Shown one piece after another: positions 5,982 through 15,508 of a DNA stretch of 64,000 nucleotides. Location of the stretch: contig OZ243977.1 of the NCBI GenBank assembly GCA_965214735.1, positions 1,621,801 to 1,685,800 of the forward strand, read 5' to 3'. Origin of the DNA: Dehalococcoidia bacterium. Lineage in GTDB: Bacteria; Chloroflexota; Dehalococcoidia; Lucifugimonadales; Lucifugimonadaceae. The position numbers and the translations under genes were made by a program. Each line of letters opens with the position of its first letter. Position 1 is the first letter of the stretch. Below the pieces are notes generated by a model. It saw only the letters and a list, made by a program, of their open reading frames with translations. It ran no database searches and was not told the origin of the DNA.

Positions 5982-8900
5982 TCATTCAGTTGTATCTGTA
6001 ACGATGTCCAGTCCTAGCTGGATGCCGTTTTCGCGGATCGAGCGGGTTATGTTCTGGGAGAAGCCGTGTGCATTTTGAGCTTCGATGATGATTCTGACGG
6101 TGACTTCTCCCCCACCGTCGTGCAGAGTGCGGATGATCTCGCTCTGCAGCTGGCTGATGTCGTCTAAAGAGATGCTGTCGCCGATGGATTTGGATGCGGT
6201 GATGCGCCTAGGGCCAGGAGGGGGCGCGGCTGAAAGAGTATCGGTTGGTGAGGACGGGATTGGTTCTCGGCGCTCTTGCTCTACGTAGTATTCGCTCGGC
6301 TCATTTTTCCTATCCTCTGATTGTTGAATCTGCGCGATCTCGTGACGGACTAGGAACCCCGGACTTTCGGCTAGGCGGTTGAGGGTTTCTCGGTATGCGA
6401 GGTTGTGGTACCGATCTCCGCTGTTTTCGGTGGCTTCACTGTAGCCGGTGGCGTGTCCGAATGCTCCCGATTGGACTCCTTCGGCGATGCAGGCGTTCAA
6501 TACGCTGCGGTTGCGGAGTCGCGGCATGTAGATGTAGGATGCGATGATGTTCCACAGGATGTCTATGTCGATGTGGTAGTCGTTATAGTTTTCGTTGGAC
6601 CAGATGTATCTCTCGAGGATGTTCACCAGTGCACTTGGTGCGATGCGGTCGACGAGGACTTCTTCGGCGATGCATTTGGCGAGTGCGCTTTGGATGATGT
6701 CGCCGGTGTTCGGCGCGTCTGTCTGGAGGGTAGAGAATTTGTATCTTCCGTCCGATGAATCGTCTTGAGCCGGTGCCAATGCCCATTTGTAGGCGTTGGG
6801 AAGCTGACTGACGACTTGGTTTTCAGCAGCTCTGAGGTTGCGTTCGGCTTCTCGTTTACGCGCTCCTTCGAGTGTGAGTTTTCGATCTCCGTTGAGGATG
6901 GAGTCCCACGCTAGATATGTGGTGGCGGCGCGTCTGAGCGTGTTTACATCGTCGTATCTTGCGGCGAGGAAGATGATGGTGTTGAGCTTGGTGCGTTTGG
7001 CATCGCCTCTGTTCAAGAGGATGTTGAGTGCCTCATCATGAGCGTAGTTGGCATCTGCCTGCCTTGATTTCAGGTAGCTCGAGGGTGGAAGTATGACGAG
7101 TCGGACGTTGTCGGATTCTGGGATTTTTTGCGATGATTCGGGGCATACGATGACATCGGATGTTCTGGAGTCTCTGGCGGCTTCGTGCAGCTGGTCGATG
7201 ATGTAGTGGTCTGTATGTTCGTTGCTTATCTGATCGGCGCGGTCGGCGGCGACTTTGTTCAGGTTCTCTTCGGTGTGGAAGTAGTATCGGTGGTCAGCTG
7301 CGCGGTATAGGTAGTAGAGCTGGCCATGCATCAGTTCCAAGGCGTCGCGATAAGTTGCGGCTGACTGTGTGGGCTCGACCGATGCGAGCATGACTTCGCG
7401 TCGTCCGATGCCTCTGATGGCGCGAGTTGGTGCGCTGGCGAGGAATACGGCTCTAGCGGCTCTTCGGGCGGCGCCTCCGACGTCTGCGAAGCGTTTCTGT
7501 GTTCTATCGATGATGTCGGTTCGGGAGTCTGTGCCGTCGATTTCGGTGATTACGGGTTCCCATCTTCCGTCTAGTACTTTTGTGAATTCGGCGCTGAGCG
7601 CGGGGTCGTCTAGCGGTAGTGATGCGGGGATGATGAGAGGCGAAGAGTCTCGTTGCAGGTAGAGCCTGCTGATGGTGTTCGCCATGATTCGTAGAACGCC
7701 GCGGGTGCGTTGGAATTTATGGATGGTGGACCAGTCTGTGTATAGGCGGTTGAATATCTCTGGGTGAATGGGGTAGCAGTTTTTGATTCTCTGCAGGTAT
7801 CGTGTTTCGGATGCTTCGGCTGGGAACTGCTTCTTCAGGTTGCCGCCGTACATATTTGAGAATGCTTGGCATGTTCGGTCGCGCTCTTGTTCATCGATGG
7901 AATCGGTAAAGAGTCTGCGTCGTATCACTTCGTAAGCTTCGTTTACTTCGAGGGGATGCCAGATAGATTCGGTTCTGCCGAAGAGTTGATCGAGCCGGTT
8001 TAGTGCTTCCATGCCTGCATCGCCGCCGGCTTCGGCTTCGCTTTCTGGCAGTGTCACGACGACGGTGACGTTTTTGCTTCTGCCGGCTGATTCGGTGAGC
8101 GCTTGCAGGAATGTGTATATGCTTCCGACGTTTTCTCGCGGCACGTTTCGCACGTAAGCGACGAGCTCGTCGATCAATATTACGGCGGGGCCTGTGTGTT
8201 GGAACAGCTGGTCCAGCTGAGCGCCGGCGGGTGCGGTCTGTGTACGTGCGGCTTCGGCGATGATGTCGTATGCTTGTTGGCTGCCGAGCTGGTATGCGAT
8301 CTGTCCCCAGAGTGTGTTGAGGGGGTCTCCGTTGGGTGTCTTTTGGCTGTCGGTTGGTGAGTGGTATGTACCGCTGATGACTGCGACTTTGGCTTTATCG
8401 GTTGTTTCGGTGTCTACCTCAGCTTCTTTGAACAGTTCAAGGATTTCTTGATTTTCGGTTAGTTGGTTGATGGATTTTGCGAGATGGAATAGTGCGATGA
8501 GGCTGTGTGTCTTGCCTCCTCCGAAGCCGGTTTTGGTTTGGATTACGGGGTCGCCGCCTTTTGCGTTGATTCGCTTGATGGCGTTTACGAGAAGTGAGTG
8601 TATGCCTGGGGTGATGTAAGTCCGTTTGAAGAATTCTCTGGGGTTTCCGTATTCGGGCGTCGCTTTGCCGTTTTGGACTTGTATGAGGTCGGCTGCGAAC
8701 TCGGATTCTGAGAAGTTTCCCTCGGCGACGTCGGAGTGTGGCTGGATGACATTGCGCCATGGTGCGAGGTTGGATGAGCTAGCGCGTGGTTTTGCGGCGG
8801 GTTTTGGTTGTGCTTTGGTTTCTTTTGGAGGTGCTGCTACTTGAACGGTGGTCGTGGTCGCTGGTGCGGGTCTGGTTTCGGGTGCGATGGGTTGTGCGGT

Positions 8901-9353
8901 CAGACCGTCTCGTATCTCTTCTACGGCGTGTTTCTGGTCTGGAGCGTTGACGATGCCGAGGATTTCGGCAATGTCGGTGAGTCTTGAGCGCGCCGTTTCA
9001 TGGTCAATCACAATGCCATGTGCCCAGCTCCTTCGGATTTCATTGACGAGTCCGTGGCGATTTAGGAAGGCGTAGCGATCGTTGATGCGTTTCGAGAATA
9101 CATCGTCCCAGTGGTTCGATACCATAGGCAAGAAATTGCCGATATCAATCGATTCTTCGACGTTGTTACCCCGTTGTCTGAGCTGTCGGTAGTAATCGTT
9201 GCTACTAGGCATAGATTCAGCGATAACGTTTTCGACAGGCCTGTTCGGGTTCGCGCGTTTCAATGATTGGATTATGAAACGTCGCATGGTATCGCGATAG
9301 ATATTTAGTCCCCTGTCCAATGCGTCTCGCGTTTTGTTACTTTGTGTGGTCAT
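5982..9353 (-). CDS. DUF499/COG1483-type P-loop ATPase with an N-terminal Swt1-like HEPN domain
   Basis: 1123 aa. The N-terminal helical domain ends in RRSWAH (Rx4H, nt 9018-9035). A Pro/Ala/Lys-rich linker follows. Then come APWRNVIQPH..., Walker A GFGGGKTHS (nt 8502-8528) and Walker B-like VILIDELVAY. Size and order are typical of DUF499 proteins. Confidence 0.8.
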   Translation of the reverse strand: MTTQSNKTRDALDRGLNIYRDTMRRFIIQSLKRANPNRPVENVIAESMPSSNDYYRQLRQRGNNVEESIDIGNFLPMVSNHWDDVFSKRINDRYAFLNRHGLVNEIRRSWAHGIVIDHETARSRLTDIAEILGIVNAPDQKHAVEEIRDGLTAQPIAPETRPAPATTTTVQVAAPPKETKAQPKPAAKPRASSSNLAPWRNVIQPHSDVAEGNFSESEFAADLIQVQNGKATPEYGNPREFFKRTYITPGIHSLLVNAIKRINAKGGDPVIQTKTGFGGGKTHSLIALFHLAKSINQLTENQEILELFKEAEVDTETTDKAKVAVISGTYHSPTDSQKTPNGDPLNTLWGQIAYQLGSQQAYDIIAEAARTQTAPAGAQLDQLFQHTGPAVILIDELVAYVRNVPRENVGSIYTFLQALTESAGRSKNVTVVVTLPESEAEAGGDAGMEALNRLDQLFGRTESIWHPLEVNEAYEVIRRRLFTDSIDEQERDRTCQAFSNMYGGNLKKQFPAEASETRYLQRIKNCYPIHPEIFNRLYTDWSTIHKFQRTRGVLRIMANTISRLYLQRDSSPLIIPASLPLDDPALSAEFTKVLDGRWEPVITEIDGTDSRTDIIDRTQKRFADVGGAARRAARAVFLASAPTRAIRGIGRREVMLASVEPTQSAATYRDALELMHGQLYYLYRAADHRYYFHTEENLNKVAADRADQISNEHTDHYIIDQLHEAARDSRTSDVIVCPESSQKIPESDNVRLVILPPSSYLKSRQADANYAHDEALNILLNRGDAKRTKLNTIIFLAARYDDVNTLRRAATTYLAWDSILNGDRKLTLEGARKREAERNLRAAENQVVSQLPNAYKWALAPAQDDSSDGRYKFSTLQTDAPNTGDIIQSALAKCIAEEVLVDRIAPSALVNILERYIWSNENYNDYHIDIDILWNIIASYIYMPRLRNRSVLNACIAEGVQSGAFGHATGYSEATENSGDRYHNLAYRETLNRLAESPGFLVRHEIAQIQQSEDRKNEPSEYYVEQERREPIPSSPTDTLSAAPPPGPRRITASKSIGDSISLDDISQLQSEIIRTLHDGGGEVTVRIIIEAQNAHGFSQNITRSIRENGIQLGLDIVTDTTE

Positions 9354-9415
9354 AGGTGTGTCTCGGAGTGTTTTACGCTTTCTCGGACTCTGTTGGGGGA
9401 TGATACGGCCTTTCC

Positions 9416-10231
9416 TCAGAGAATCTGATCCAGGAACATCTTTGTGCGTTCTTCTTGGGGGTTGTCGAAGATCTGTTCGGGAGTTCCGAGCTCTACAAGG
9501 CTTCCCTCGTCGAAGAACGCCATTCGGTCCGCCACTTCGCGGGCGAATCCCATCTCATGGGTCACGCATAGCATGGTCATACCGGTGGCTGCCAGCTCGC
9601 GCATCACGTCCAGCACTTCCTTGATCATCTCGGGGTCGAGCGCGGATGTGGGTTCGTCGAAGAGCATGATCTCGGGCTGCATCGCGAGCGCGCGTGCGAT
9701 GGCTACTCGCTGCTGCTGTCCGCCGGAGAGCTCGGCGGGGTACTTTTCGGCTTGTTCGGGTATTCCTACGCGCTCGAGCAGCTGCATGGCTAAGGCATCT
9801 GCTTCAGCTTTTGGTAGATGTCTCACTCGCTGCGGCGCCAAGGTGATGTTGCTGATGACAGACATGTGTGGAAAGAGGTTGAACTGTTGGAAGACCATGC
9901 CGACTTCTCGGCGGATGGCGTCGAGATTGCGAAGGTCGTTGGTCATCTCTATGCCGTCGACGACTATCGTGCCCTGCTGATGCTCTTCTAAGCGGTTTAT
10001 GAGGCGGATGAATGTGGATTTGCCGGATCCTGATGGTCCGAAGATGACTACGACTTCTCCCCTCTTGATGTCCATGCTGACATCTCGGACGGCGCAGAAG
10101 CTGCCGAACCATTTGTATACGTTCTGGCATACGATGATGTTGTCTCGCTGCTCGAGGGGGACGGATAGTATGGCATCTTCGGCTGTGTCGTGGATCGTTG
10201 GCTGAATAGATCGATCGGCGGTCTGGGTCAT
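9416..10231 (-). CDS. aapP: amino-acid ABC transporter ATP-binding protein
   Basis: Walker [10 protein letters not shown], signature [15 protein letters not shown] and Walker [12 protein letters not shown]. It is the last gene of a J-Q-M-P ordered operon. Confidence 0.9.
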   Translation of the reverse strand: MTQTADRSIQPTIHDTAEDAILSVPLEQRDNIIVCQNVYKWFGSFCAVRDVSMDIKRGEVVVIFGPSGSGKSTFIRLINRLEEHQQGTIVVDGIEMTNDLRNLDAIRREVGMVFQQFNLFPHMSVISNITLAPQRVRHLPKAEADALAMQLLERVGIPEQAEKYPAELSGGQQQRVAIARALAMQPEIMLFDEPTSALDPEMIKEVLDVMRELAATGMTMLCVTHEMGFAREVADRMAFFDEGSLVELGTPEQIFDNPQEERTKMFLDQIL

Positions 10232-10294
10232 GGTTGCGGTTCTCCGTGATGCGTAGGTGTTGATTGTGTTGCGGTGGTGCTGATTCGTGTCTTT

Positions 10295-11515
10295 CTATCG
10301 TCTTCCTACTCCGAGTGCGCGTTCGATTCGTCGGCTCACGTATGACATTGAGAATGTGAATATCCAGAACACGACTGCGATGAATAGATAGACTTCGCGT
10401 CCGTTGTCTACGAACTCGATGTTGCCTTGTATTGCGACGCGCCCCATCTCGACGAGGTCTAGCATGCCGATGATGAATACGAGGCTGGTGTCCTTAAAGA
10501 GGCTTATGGATTGTCCGACGATCGCTGGGATGATGTTGCGTATTCCCTGCGGCAGGGTTATCAGCAATGTGGTCTGCCATCCGCGGAGTCCGAGAGCGCG
10601 TGCGGCCTCGGTCTGCCCGGTAGTGACTGCTGCCATGCCTCCACGCACGTTTTCTGCCATGTATGCGGAGCTGAACAGTGTGATGGTTATTGCGGCCAGA
10701 TAGAGTTCATCGACGGATATGGTCTCGGGGAATGTGAGTGGCAGGATGTGTCGTGACATGAAGAGCAGTGTGATGAGAGGGACTCCGCGCACGATTTCGA
10801 TGAATCCGACGCAGAATATCTTTACGAATGGCAGCTGGCTTCTTCTGCCAAGTGCGAGCATGATGCCGATGGGAAACGAGCAGATGATGCCGAATGCTGC
10901 CAGCAGCAGGTTGAGCATCAATCCGCCGATGTCTTGAGTGTTTACGGGGTCTAGTCCCGGGATGCCGTCTATCCCGATGATCAGGATCAATGAGACGACG
11001 AAGACGAGTATTGCGGTTGTGACGAAGATTCGGGGACGTCTGACGGCTGGTATAGATGCTGCGGCGGCGTATCCTGCCGCTGCCGCGAGTGTGTTGAGCG
11101 CGAATAGAGTGCTGTTGATGATGCCGCTTTCGATAGATGCCAGCGCGGCGAGGATGGTGATGATGCATACAGCGATGACGAATCCGATGGCGATGCCGCC
11201 CCACATGCGCGCCGACATTCCGAGCAGGGTGCTTACCAGCAGCAGCGCGACTTCGGGTCTCCAGTAGAGCTCCTGCGGGTATAGTCCCACGATGTATAGA
11301 GGCATTCGGCTGGTGATGACTTCCCAATCGGCAGTCGTAAATACCCATTGGGCCACATTGATGCCTGCGAGAATCAGGATCACGGCGAGGGCGACGGTGA
11401 GGAAGGAGTCGAATACCGACTTGAACAGGTTGGCGCGTATCCAGCCCGCGATTCCCACGGTCATCCGAGGGGGAGCGGGAGCAGGATCAGGGGCGGTTGC
11501 GGATTGAGTGGTCAT
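10295..11515 (-). CDS. aapM: amino-acid ABC transporter permease (long AapM-like type)
   Basis: 406-aa polytopic membrane protein with the EAA-type loop AENVRGGMAAVTTGQTEAARALGL. Confidence 0.85.
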   Translation of the reverse strand: MTTQSATAPDPAPAPPRMTVGIAGWIRANLFKSVFDSFLTVALAVILILAGINVAQWVFTTADWEVITSRMPLYIVGLYPQELYWRPEVALLLVSTLLGMSARMWGGIAIGFVIAVCIITILAALASIESGIINSTLFALNTLAAAAGYAAAASIPAVRRPRIFVTTAILVFVVSLILIIGIDGIPGLDPVNTQDIGGLMLNLLLAAFGIICSFPIGIMLALGRRSQLPFVKIFCVGFIEIVRGVPLITLLFMSRHILPLTFPETISVDELYLAAITITLFSSAYMAENVRGGMAAVTTGQTEAARALGLRGWQTTLLITLPQGIRNIIPAIVGQSISLFKDTSLVFIIGMLDLVEMGRVAIQGNIEFVDNGREVYLFIAVVFWIFTFSMSYVSRRIERALGVGRR

Positions 11516-11522
11516 TGAATTT

Positions 11523-12698
11523 TCAGCCGGCGCCTGGGTATCTGGTGAGACGGTTGTATATGTTTCCGACCAGCGAGTAGAAGAGGCTCATGGCGAGGTA
11601 TGCGCCCATCACCATTGCGGTGAGTGATATTGCTGGAGCTATCTGTGTCATTGTGGTTGCCACGCTGACGATGTCCGGGTATCCGATTGCGGCTGCGAGG
11701 CTGGAGTTCTTGGTGAGGTTTAGGTACTGGCTGATGGTGGGTGGGATTATTACTCTGAGCGCTTGCGGAAATATCACGTGCCGCATGGTGGGCATCGTGG
11801 GTAGTCCGAGCGAGCGCGATGCTTCGGTCTGTCCCTTGTTGACGGCTTGAATTCCGGCGCGTACGATCTCGGCGATGTATGCGGAGGTGTAAGCGACTAG
11901 CCCGACGAGGAGTGCGACGAAGCTGCCGGTGAACTTTGCGCCGCCTTGGATTCGTCCGAATCTGCCCTGAGCTTCTGGAACCATTAGTTCGAGCGGGGTG
12001 AATATGATAATTCCGATTAGTGTGATGAAGATGGCGATTGCGAAGCCTGCGACGATGGGGTAGCTCGGTCTGCCGGTTTTGAGTTCTCGCGTGTGCAGCT
12101 GTTTGGCGACTAGTACTGCTGTTGCGATGCCTGCGATGGTGAGGATGGTCCAGTACCAGAATCCGCCCATCGGGGTGGGCCAAGGCAGGTACAGGCCGCT
12201 GTTGTTCAAGTAGAAGGTGTTGAGCAACTCGTATCCTTCTCGCACGTTTGGAAGGGACAGGACTATCAGGAACCAGAAGAGCAGCTGCACGAGCAGGGGG
12301 ATGTTGCGGAAGATCTCTATGTATGCGAGTGCGATTCGGCTCAGCAGCCAGTTGGAAGAGAGTCTGGAAACTCCGATGATGATGCCGATGATGGTGGCGA
12401 ACACGACTCCGAGTAGAGACGCCTTGATAGTGTTCAGAACCGCCACTCCGAATCCGTATAGGTAGCTCTGGGACGGATGGTAGTCGATGACCGATTCTCC
12501 GATCGGTATCTGGGCGGATTGGTCGAGAAAACCAAATCCGAAGGGTATGTCGCGGTCTTGAATCTCGCGATTCACATTGAACAGGAATGCCGAGATGATG
12601 AAGATGACGATCACGGCGGAGACGATCTGCAATGTCCACTGCAACACAACTACATTGCGCCACACAGGAATTCCTCGGTGATATAGAAGCCTGTTCAA
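11523..12698 (-). CDS. aapQ: amino-acid ABC transporter permease (long AapQ-like type)
   Basis: 391-aa polytopic membrane protein with the EAA-type loop AEIVRAGIQAVNKGQTEASRSLGL. Confidence 0.85.
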   Translation of the reverse strand: MNRLLYHRGIPVWRNVVVLQWTLQIVSAVIVIFIISAFLFNVNREIQDRDIPFGFGFLDQSAQIPIGESVIDYHPSQSYLYGFGVAVLNTIKASLLGVVFATIIGIIIGVSRLSSNWLLSRIALAYIEIFRNIPLLVQLLFWFLIVLSLPNVREGYELLNTFYLNNSGLYLPWPTPMGGFWYWTILTIAGIATAVLVAKQLHTRELKTGRPSYPIVAGFAIAIFITLIGIIIFTPLELMVPEAQGRFGRIQGGAKFTGSFVALLVGLVAYTSAYIAEIVRAGIQAVNKGQTEASRSLGLPTMPTMRHVIFPQALRVIIPPTISQYLNLTKNSSLAAAIGYPDIVSVATTMTQIAPAISLTAMVMGAYLAMSLFYSLVGNIYNRLTRYPGAG

Positions 12699-12750
12699 TC
12701 CCAGTTCCTGTAGCTACCCTTCGCCTGTTATCGATGACATGGCGGCTGTT

Positions 12751-12781
12751 AAAAAAGAAGGGGGATGCTTGAGCATCCCCC
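12751..12781 (-). terminator. intrinsic terminator/attenuator between the binding-protein gene and the permease genes
   Basis: The minus-strand RNA reads GGGGGAUGC-UCAA-GCAUCCCCC followed by UUCUUUUUU. It lies 43 nt after the stop of the 12824-14038 gene. Confidence 0.75.
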
Positions 12782-12823
12782 TCCCGGTGTGACTCCTTTG
12801 ACGAAAACTCGTCGCGAATTTTA

Positions 12824-14038
12824 TCAGCGCAACGGTGGCGCGTAGATTTGTCCGCCTTTGGGGCAGTCGCTGCACGGTGCGTCTGACCATAGAGCGTTTC
12901 GCCCGCCTTCTCGCGGAAGGTCGATGCCGTCAGGTCCCAGATTGCGGTCGTATATCTCGCCGTAGTTCCCGACTTCTTTTAGAACGTCCTGCATGAAGGT
13001 CTCGTCCAGGCCGAGAGTCTCTTGTCCGAAGCTTCCTTCGGTTCCTAGCAATCGCTTGGCTTTGACGTTATCACCTCCGGCGATGGCATCTACGTTGCCG
13101 CTGTTAATGCCGTATGCCTCGGCATAGATCAATCCAGCCATGACGGTTTTCACGACATCGAACCACTGTTCATCGCCGTGTGGCACCACGGGGCCTAGTG
13201 GCTCTTCGGAGATGGTCTCGGGGAGAATCACGTGGTCGTCAGGGTTGGGTAGCGCCGTGCGCAGAGCCGCGAGCTGAGAGCGGTCATTCGTGAAGACATC
13301 GCACTGCCCCGACTCGTAAGCGTCCAAAACGACATCGGTATCTTCGAACACGGTGGGATTGTAGTCCAGATTGTTCTGTCGGAAGAAGTCTTCCATGTTC
13401 AGCTCGGTGGTCGTGCCGCTAGTTACGCATACTGCTGCTCCGCCGAGCTCCATCGCCGATGTCACGCCGAGGTTCGCCGGCACCATGAAGCCTTGTCCGT
13501 CATAGAAGGTGGTGTGGACGTAGTTGCCCCACTGTGCGTCTCGGCTAGTGGTCCAAGTGACGGTCCTGACCAATAGGTCGACTTCGCCGGATTGGATCGT
13601 TGGTCCACGCTCGGCAGCTGTTATGTATTGGATCTCGATGGCTTCAGGATCGCCCAACACGGCGGTTGCGACTGCTCTGCAGAGGTCGATGTCGAAACCT
13701 ACGTTGCGTCCGCTGGCATCTAGTGAACCGTATCCTGGCACATCATTTCTGCTGGCGCATATCAGAGTGCCGCGATCTTGCACAGCGGCGAGACGGTTGG
13801 ACACTTGCTCGGCCTCCATAGCCATCTTCTCAGCGTCCATCGCCATCTTCTCAGCGGCGTCGGCCCGTTCTTCGGCAGCGGCGGCCCGCTCGTTAGCGGC
13901 GTTAACAGCAGATTCAGCAGCAGCGGCAGTGGCGGCGGCATTCTCAAGCAAGGTTTCATTTTCATCTTCGTCCCCGGTGCAGGCGGCAAATACCAGCATT
14001 CCCGCCAGAAGCACCGAAGTTAGACCTATTACCTTCAT
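12824..14038 (-). CDS. aapJ: amino-acid ABC transporter substrate-binding lipoprotein, paralogue 1
   Basis: Signal peptide with lipobox LVFAAC, then an Ala/Glu-rich helical linker, then a family-3 SBP core (GTLICASRNDVPGYGSLD...GFDIDLCRAVA...). Confidence 0.85.
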   Translation of the reverse strand: MKVIGLTSVLLAGMLVFAACTGDEDENETLLENAAATAAAAESAVNAANERAAAAEERADAAEKMAMDAEKMAMEAEQVSNRLAAVQDRGTLICASRNDVPGYGSLDASGRNVGFDIDLCRAVATAVLGDPEAIEIQYITAAERGPTIQSGEVDLLVRTVTWTTSRDAQWGNYVHTTFYDGQGFMVPANLGVTSAMELGGAAVCVTSGTTTELNMEDFFRQNNLDYNPTVFEDTDVVLDAYESGQCDVFTNDRSQLAALRTALPNPDDHVILPETISEEPLGPVVPHGDEQWFDVVKTVMAGLIYAEAYGINSGNVDAIAGGDNVKAKRLLGTEGSFGQETLGLDETFMQDVLKEVGNYGEIYDRNLGPDGIDLPREGGRNALWSDAPCSDCPKGGQIYAPPLR

Positions 14039-14308
14039 GTTCTCAGTTCCTCTCCAGATTTTTCGTATTAACTCAAGTTTCGACGTGCGTCGTTTACGCG
14101 TCGACCCAATGAATTAATTGTACGACTGTGCCTTCGGCTTTTTCCTACTCAAGAATGACTGAATAGCTTGGATCAGCGGGTTCAGAGCGTCTCTCGCAAT
14201 CAACGCTGTATTTCGCTGAAGAGCCTATCGTCCGCTAGATAGAGTCTGTAGGGATACGTCCTCAGTCCGTGATCTTCTTCAGATCACAAAAGCTTTTGAT
14301 ATCCCGTT

Positions 14309-14328
14309 GTCTCTCCTTAAGGAGAGAC
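14309..14328 (-). terminator. possible terminator hairpin after binding-protein paralogue 2
   Basis: Perfect 8-bp stem GTCTCTCC-TTAA-GGAGAGAC. A second 7-bp hairpin lies at 14269-14287. There is no clean U-tract, so this call is weak. Confidence 0.35.
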
Positions 14329-14359
14329 GGCTACTTCCTGCTCCGTCTCCGACGACGTT

Positions 14360-15508
14360 TCATCGCAGGGGTGCGGCGTAGATCTGTCCGCCGTTGATCC
14401 AGAGATCGTTCCGTCCTTCGCGAGGCAGTCCGAGCCCGTCGTCGCCCAAGTTTCGGTCGTATATTTCGCCGTAGTTGCCCACGCCCTTTATGACGTCCTG
14501 CATGAAGGTGTCTGACAAGCCCAGCGTTTCCTGTCCGAATCCGCCTTCTGTGCCTAGCAGGCGCTTCACCTTGACGTTGTCTCCGCGTGCCATTGCATCC
14601 ACGTTGGAACTATCTACGCCGTATACCTCGGCATATATCAATCCTGCCATCACTGCTTTTACGATGTCGAACCACTGCTCATCACCATGCGGCACTACTG
14701 GCGCCAACGGTTCCTCCGAGATGATTTCGGGGAGTATGACGTGGGCTGCTGGGTCCGGGAGCTCGGTTAGGAAGGATGTGAGCCCTGATCGATCGGTGGT
14801 AATTGCATCGCACTGCCCTTCTCTGTATGCCTCAAGCGCCACATCGGACTGATCGAACACTGCTGGGACGTATTCGAGATTGTTCTGTCGGAAGAAGTCT
14901 GCAAGATTGAGCTCAGTAGTTGTTCCGGTTGTCACACATATTGCAGCGCCACCAAGCTCGAAAGCCGATTCAATGTCGAGGGATTTCGTGGCCATGAAGC
15001 CTTGTCCATCGTAGAACATGACGGGTGCGAAGTTTCCCCATCCCACGTCTCTAGTCGATGTCCATGTGGTAGTGAGGTTCATGACATCGACCTCGCCCGA
15101 TTGCAGTGTCGGGCCGCGCTCCGACAAGGATATGAATGAGAACTCGAGCGCGTCGGGGTCTCCAAGCACAGCGGCGGCGACTGCACGGCATAGATCTATA
15201 TCGAATCCGACGCTTCTGCCAGATGCGTCGAGGGAATGGAAGCCGGGGGTGTCATTGCCGGTGGCGCAGACCACAGCTTCGCGCTCTTTGACTCTGGCCA
15301 GTCGGCCTCGTTCAAGTTCAGAGGTTTCTGCTGCCATCTTCTCTGCGGCATCTGCACGCTCGTTTGCGGCATCTCGTTCCGCAATCGCCGCAGACGCTGT
15401 TGCGCGGGCATCCGCGACATCCTCATCGGCGGTATCGTCCTGTCCGGTGCATGCGCCAAAGATTAGAGACCCAACGAGAAGCATGGATATAAGAACTGCT
15501 GGTTTCAT
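14360..15508 (-). CDS. aapJ: amino-acid ABC transporter substrate-binding lipoprotein, paralogue 2
   Basis: Paralogous to 12824-14038 along the whole core. I chose the start at MKPAVLISMLLVGSLIFGAC (lipobox), which has GGAG 7 nt upstream and TATAAT (rc of 15533-15538) 24 nt upstream. The ORF-track maximum extends to 15550. Confidence 0.8.
   Translation of the reverse strand: MKPAVLISMLLVGSLIFGACTGQDDTADEDVADARATASAAIAERDAANERADAAEKMAAETSELERGRLARVKEREAVVCATGNDTPGFHSLDASGRSVGFDIDLCRAVAAAVLGDPDALEFSFISLSERGPTLQSGEVDVMNLTTTWTSTRDVGWGNFAPVMFYDGQGFMATKSLDIESAFELGGAAICVTTGTTTELNLADFFRQNNLEYVPAVFDQSDVALEAYREGQCDAITTDRSGLTSFLTELPDPAAHVILPEIISEEPLAPVVPHGDEQWFDIVKAVMAGLIYAEVYGVDSSNVDAMARGDNVKVKRLLGTEGGFGQETLGLSDTFMQDVIKGVGNYGEIYDRNLGDDGLGLPREGRNDLWINGGQIYAAPLR

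Noticed and set aside
11512-12663. 383-aa minus-strand ORF, extremely Arg/His/Pro-rich, overlapping the aapQ-like permease
   Set aside because: It is an alternative frame of a high-GC gene. The composition is not protein-like, whereas the 391-aa frame has clear permease helices and an EAA loop. The same reasoning applies to 10707-11348 within the aapM-like gene.
13524-14117. 197-aa plus-strand ORF antisense to the binding-protein gene
   Set aside because: It is an Ala/Ser-rich mirror of the Ala-rich linker region and has no independent signals.
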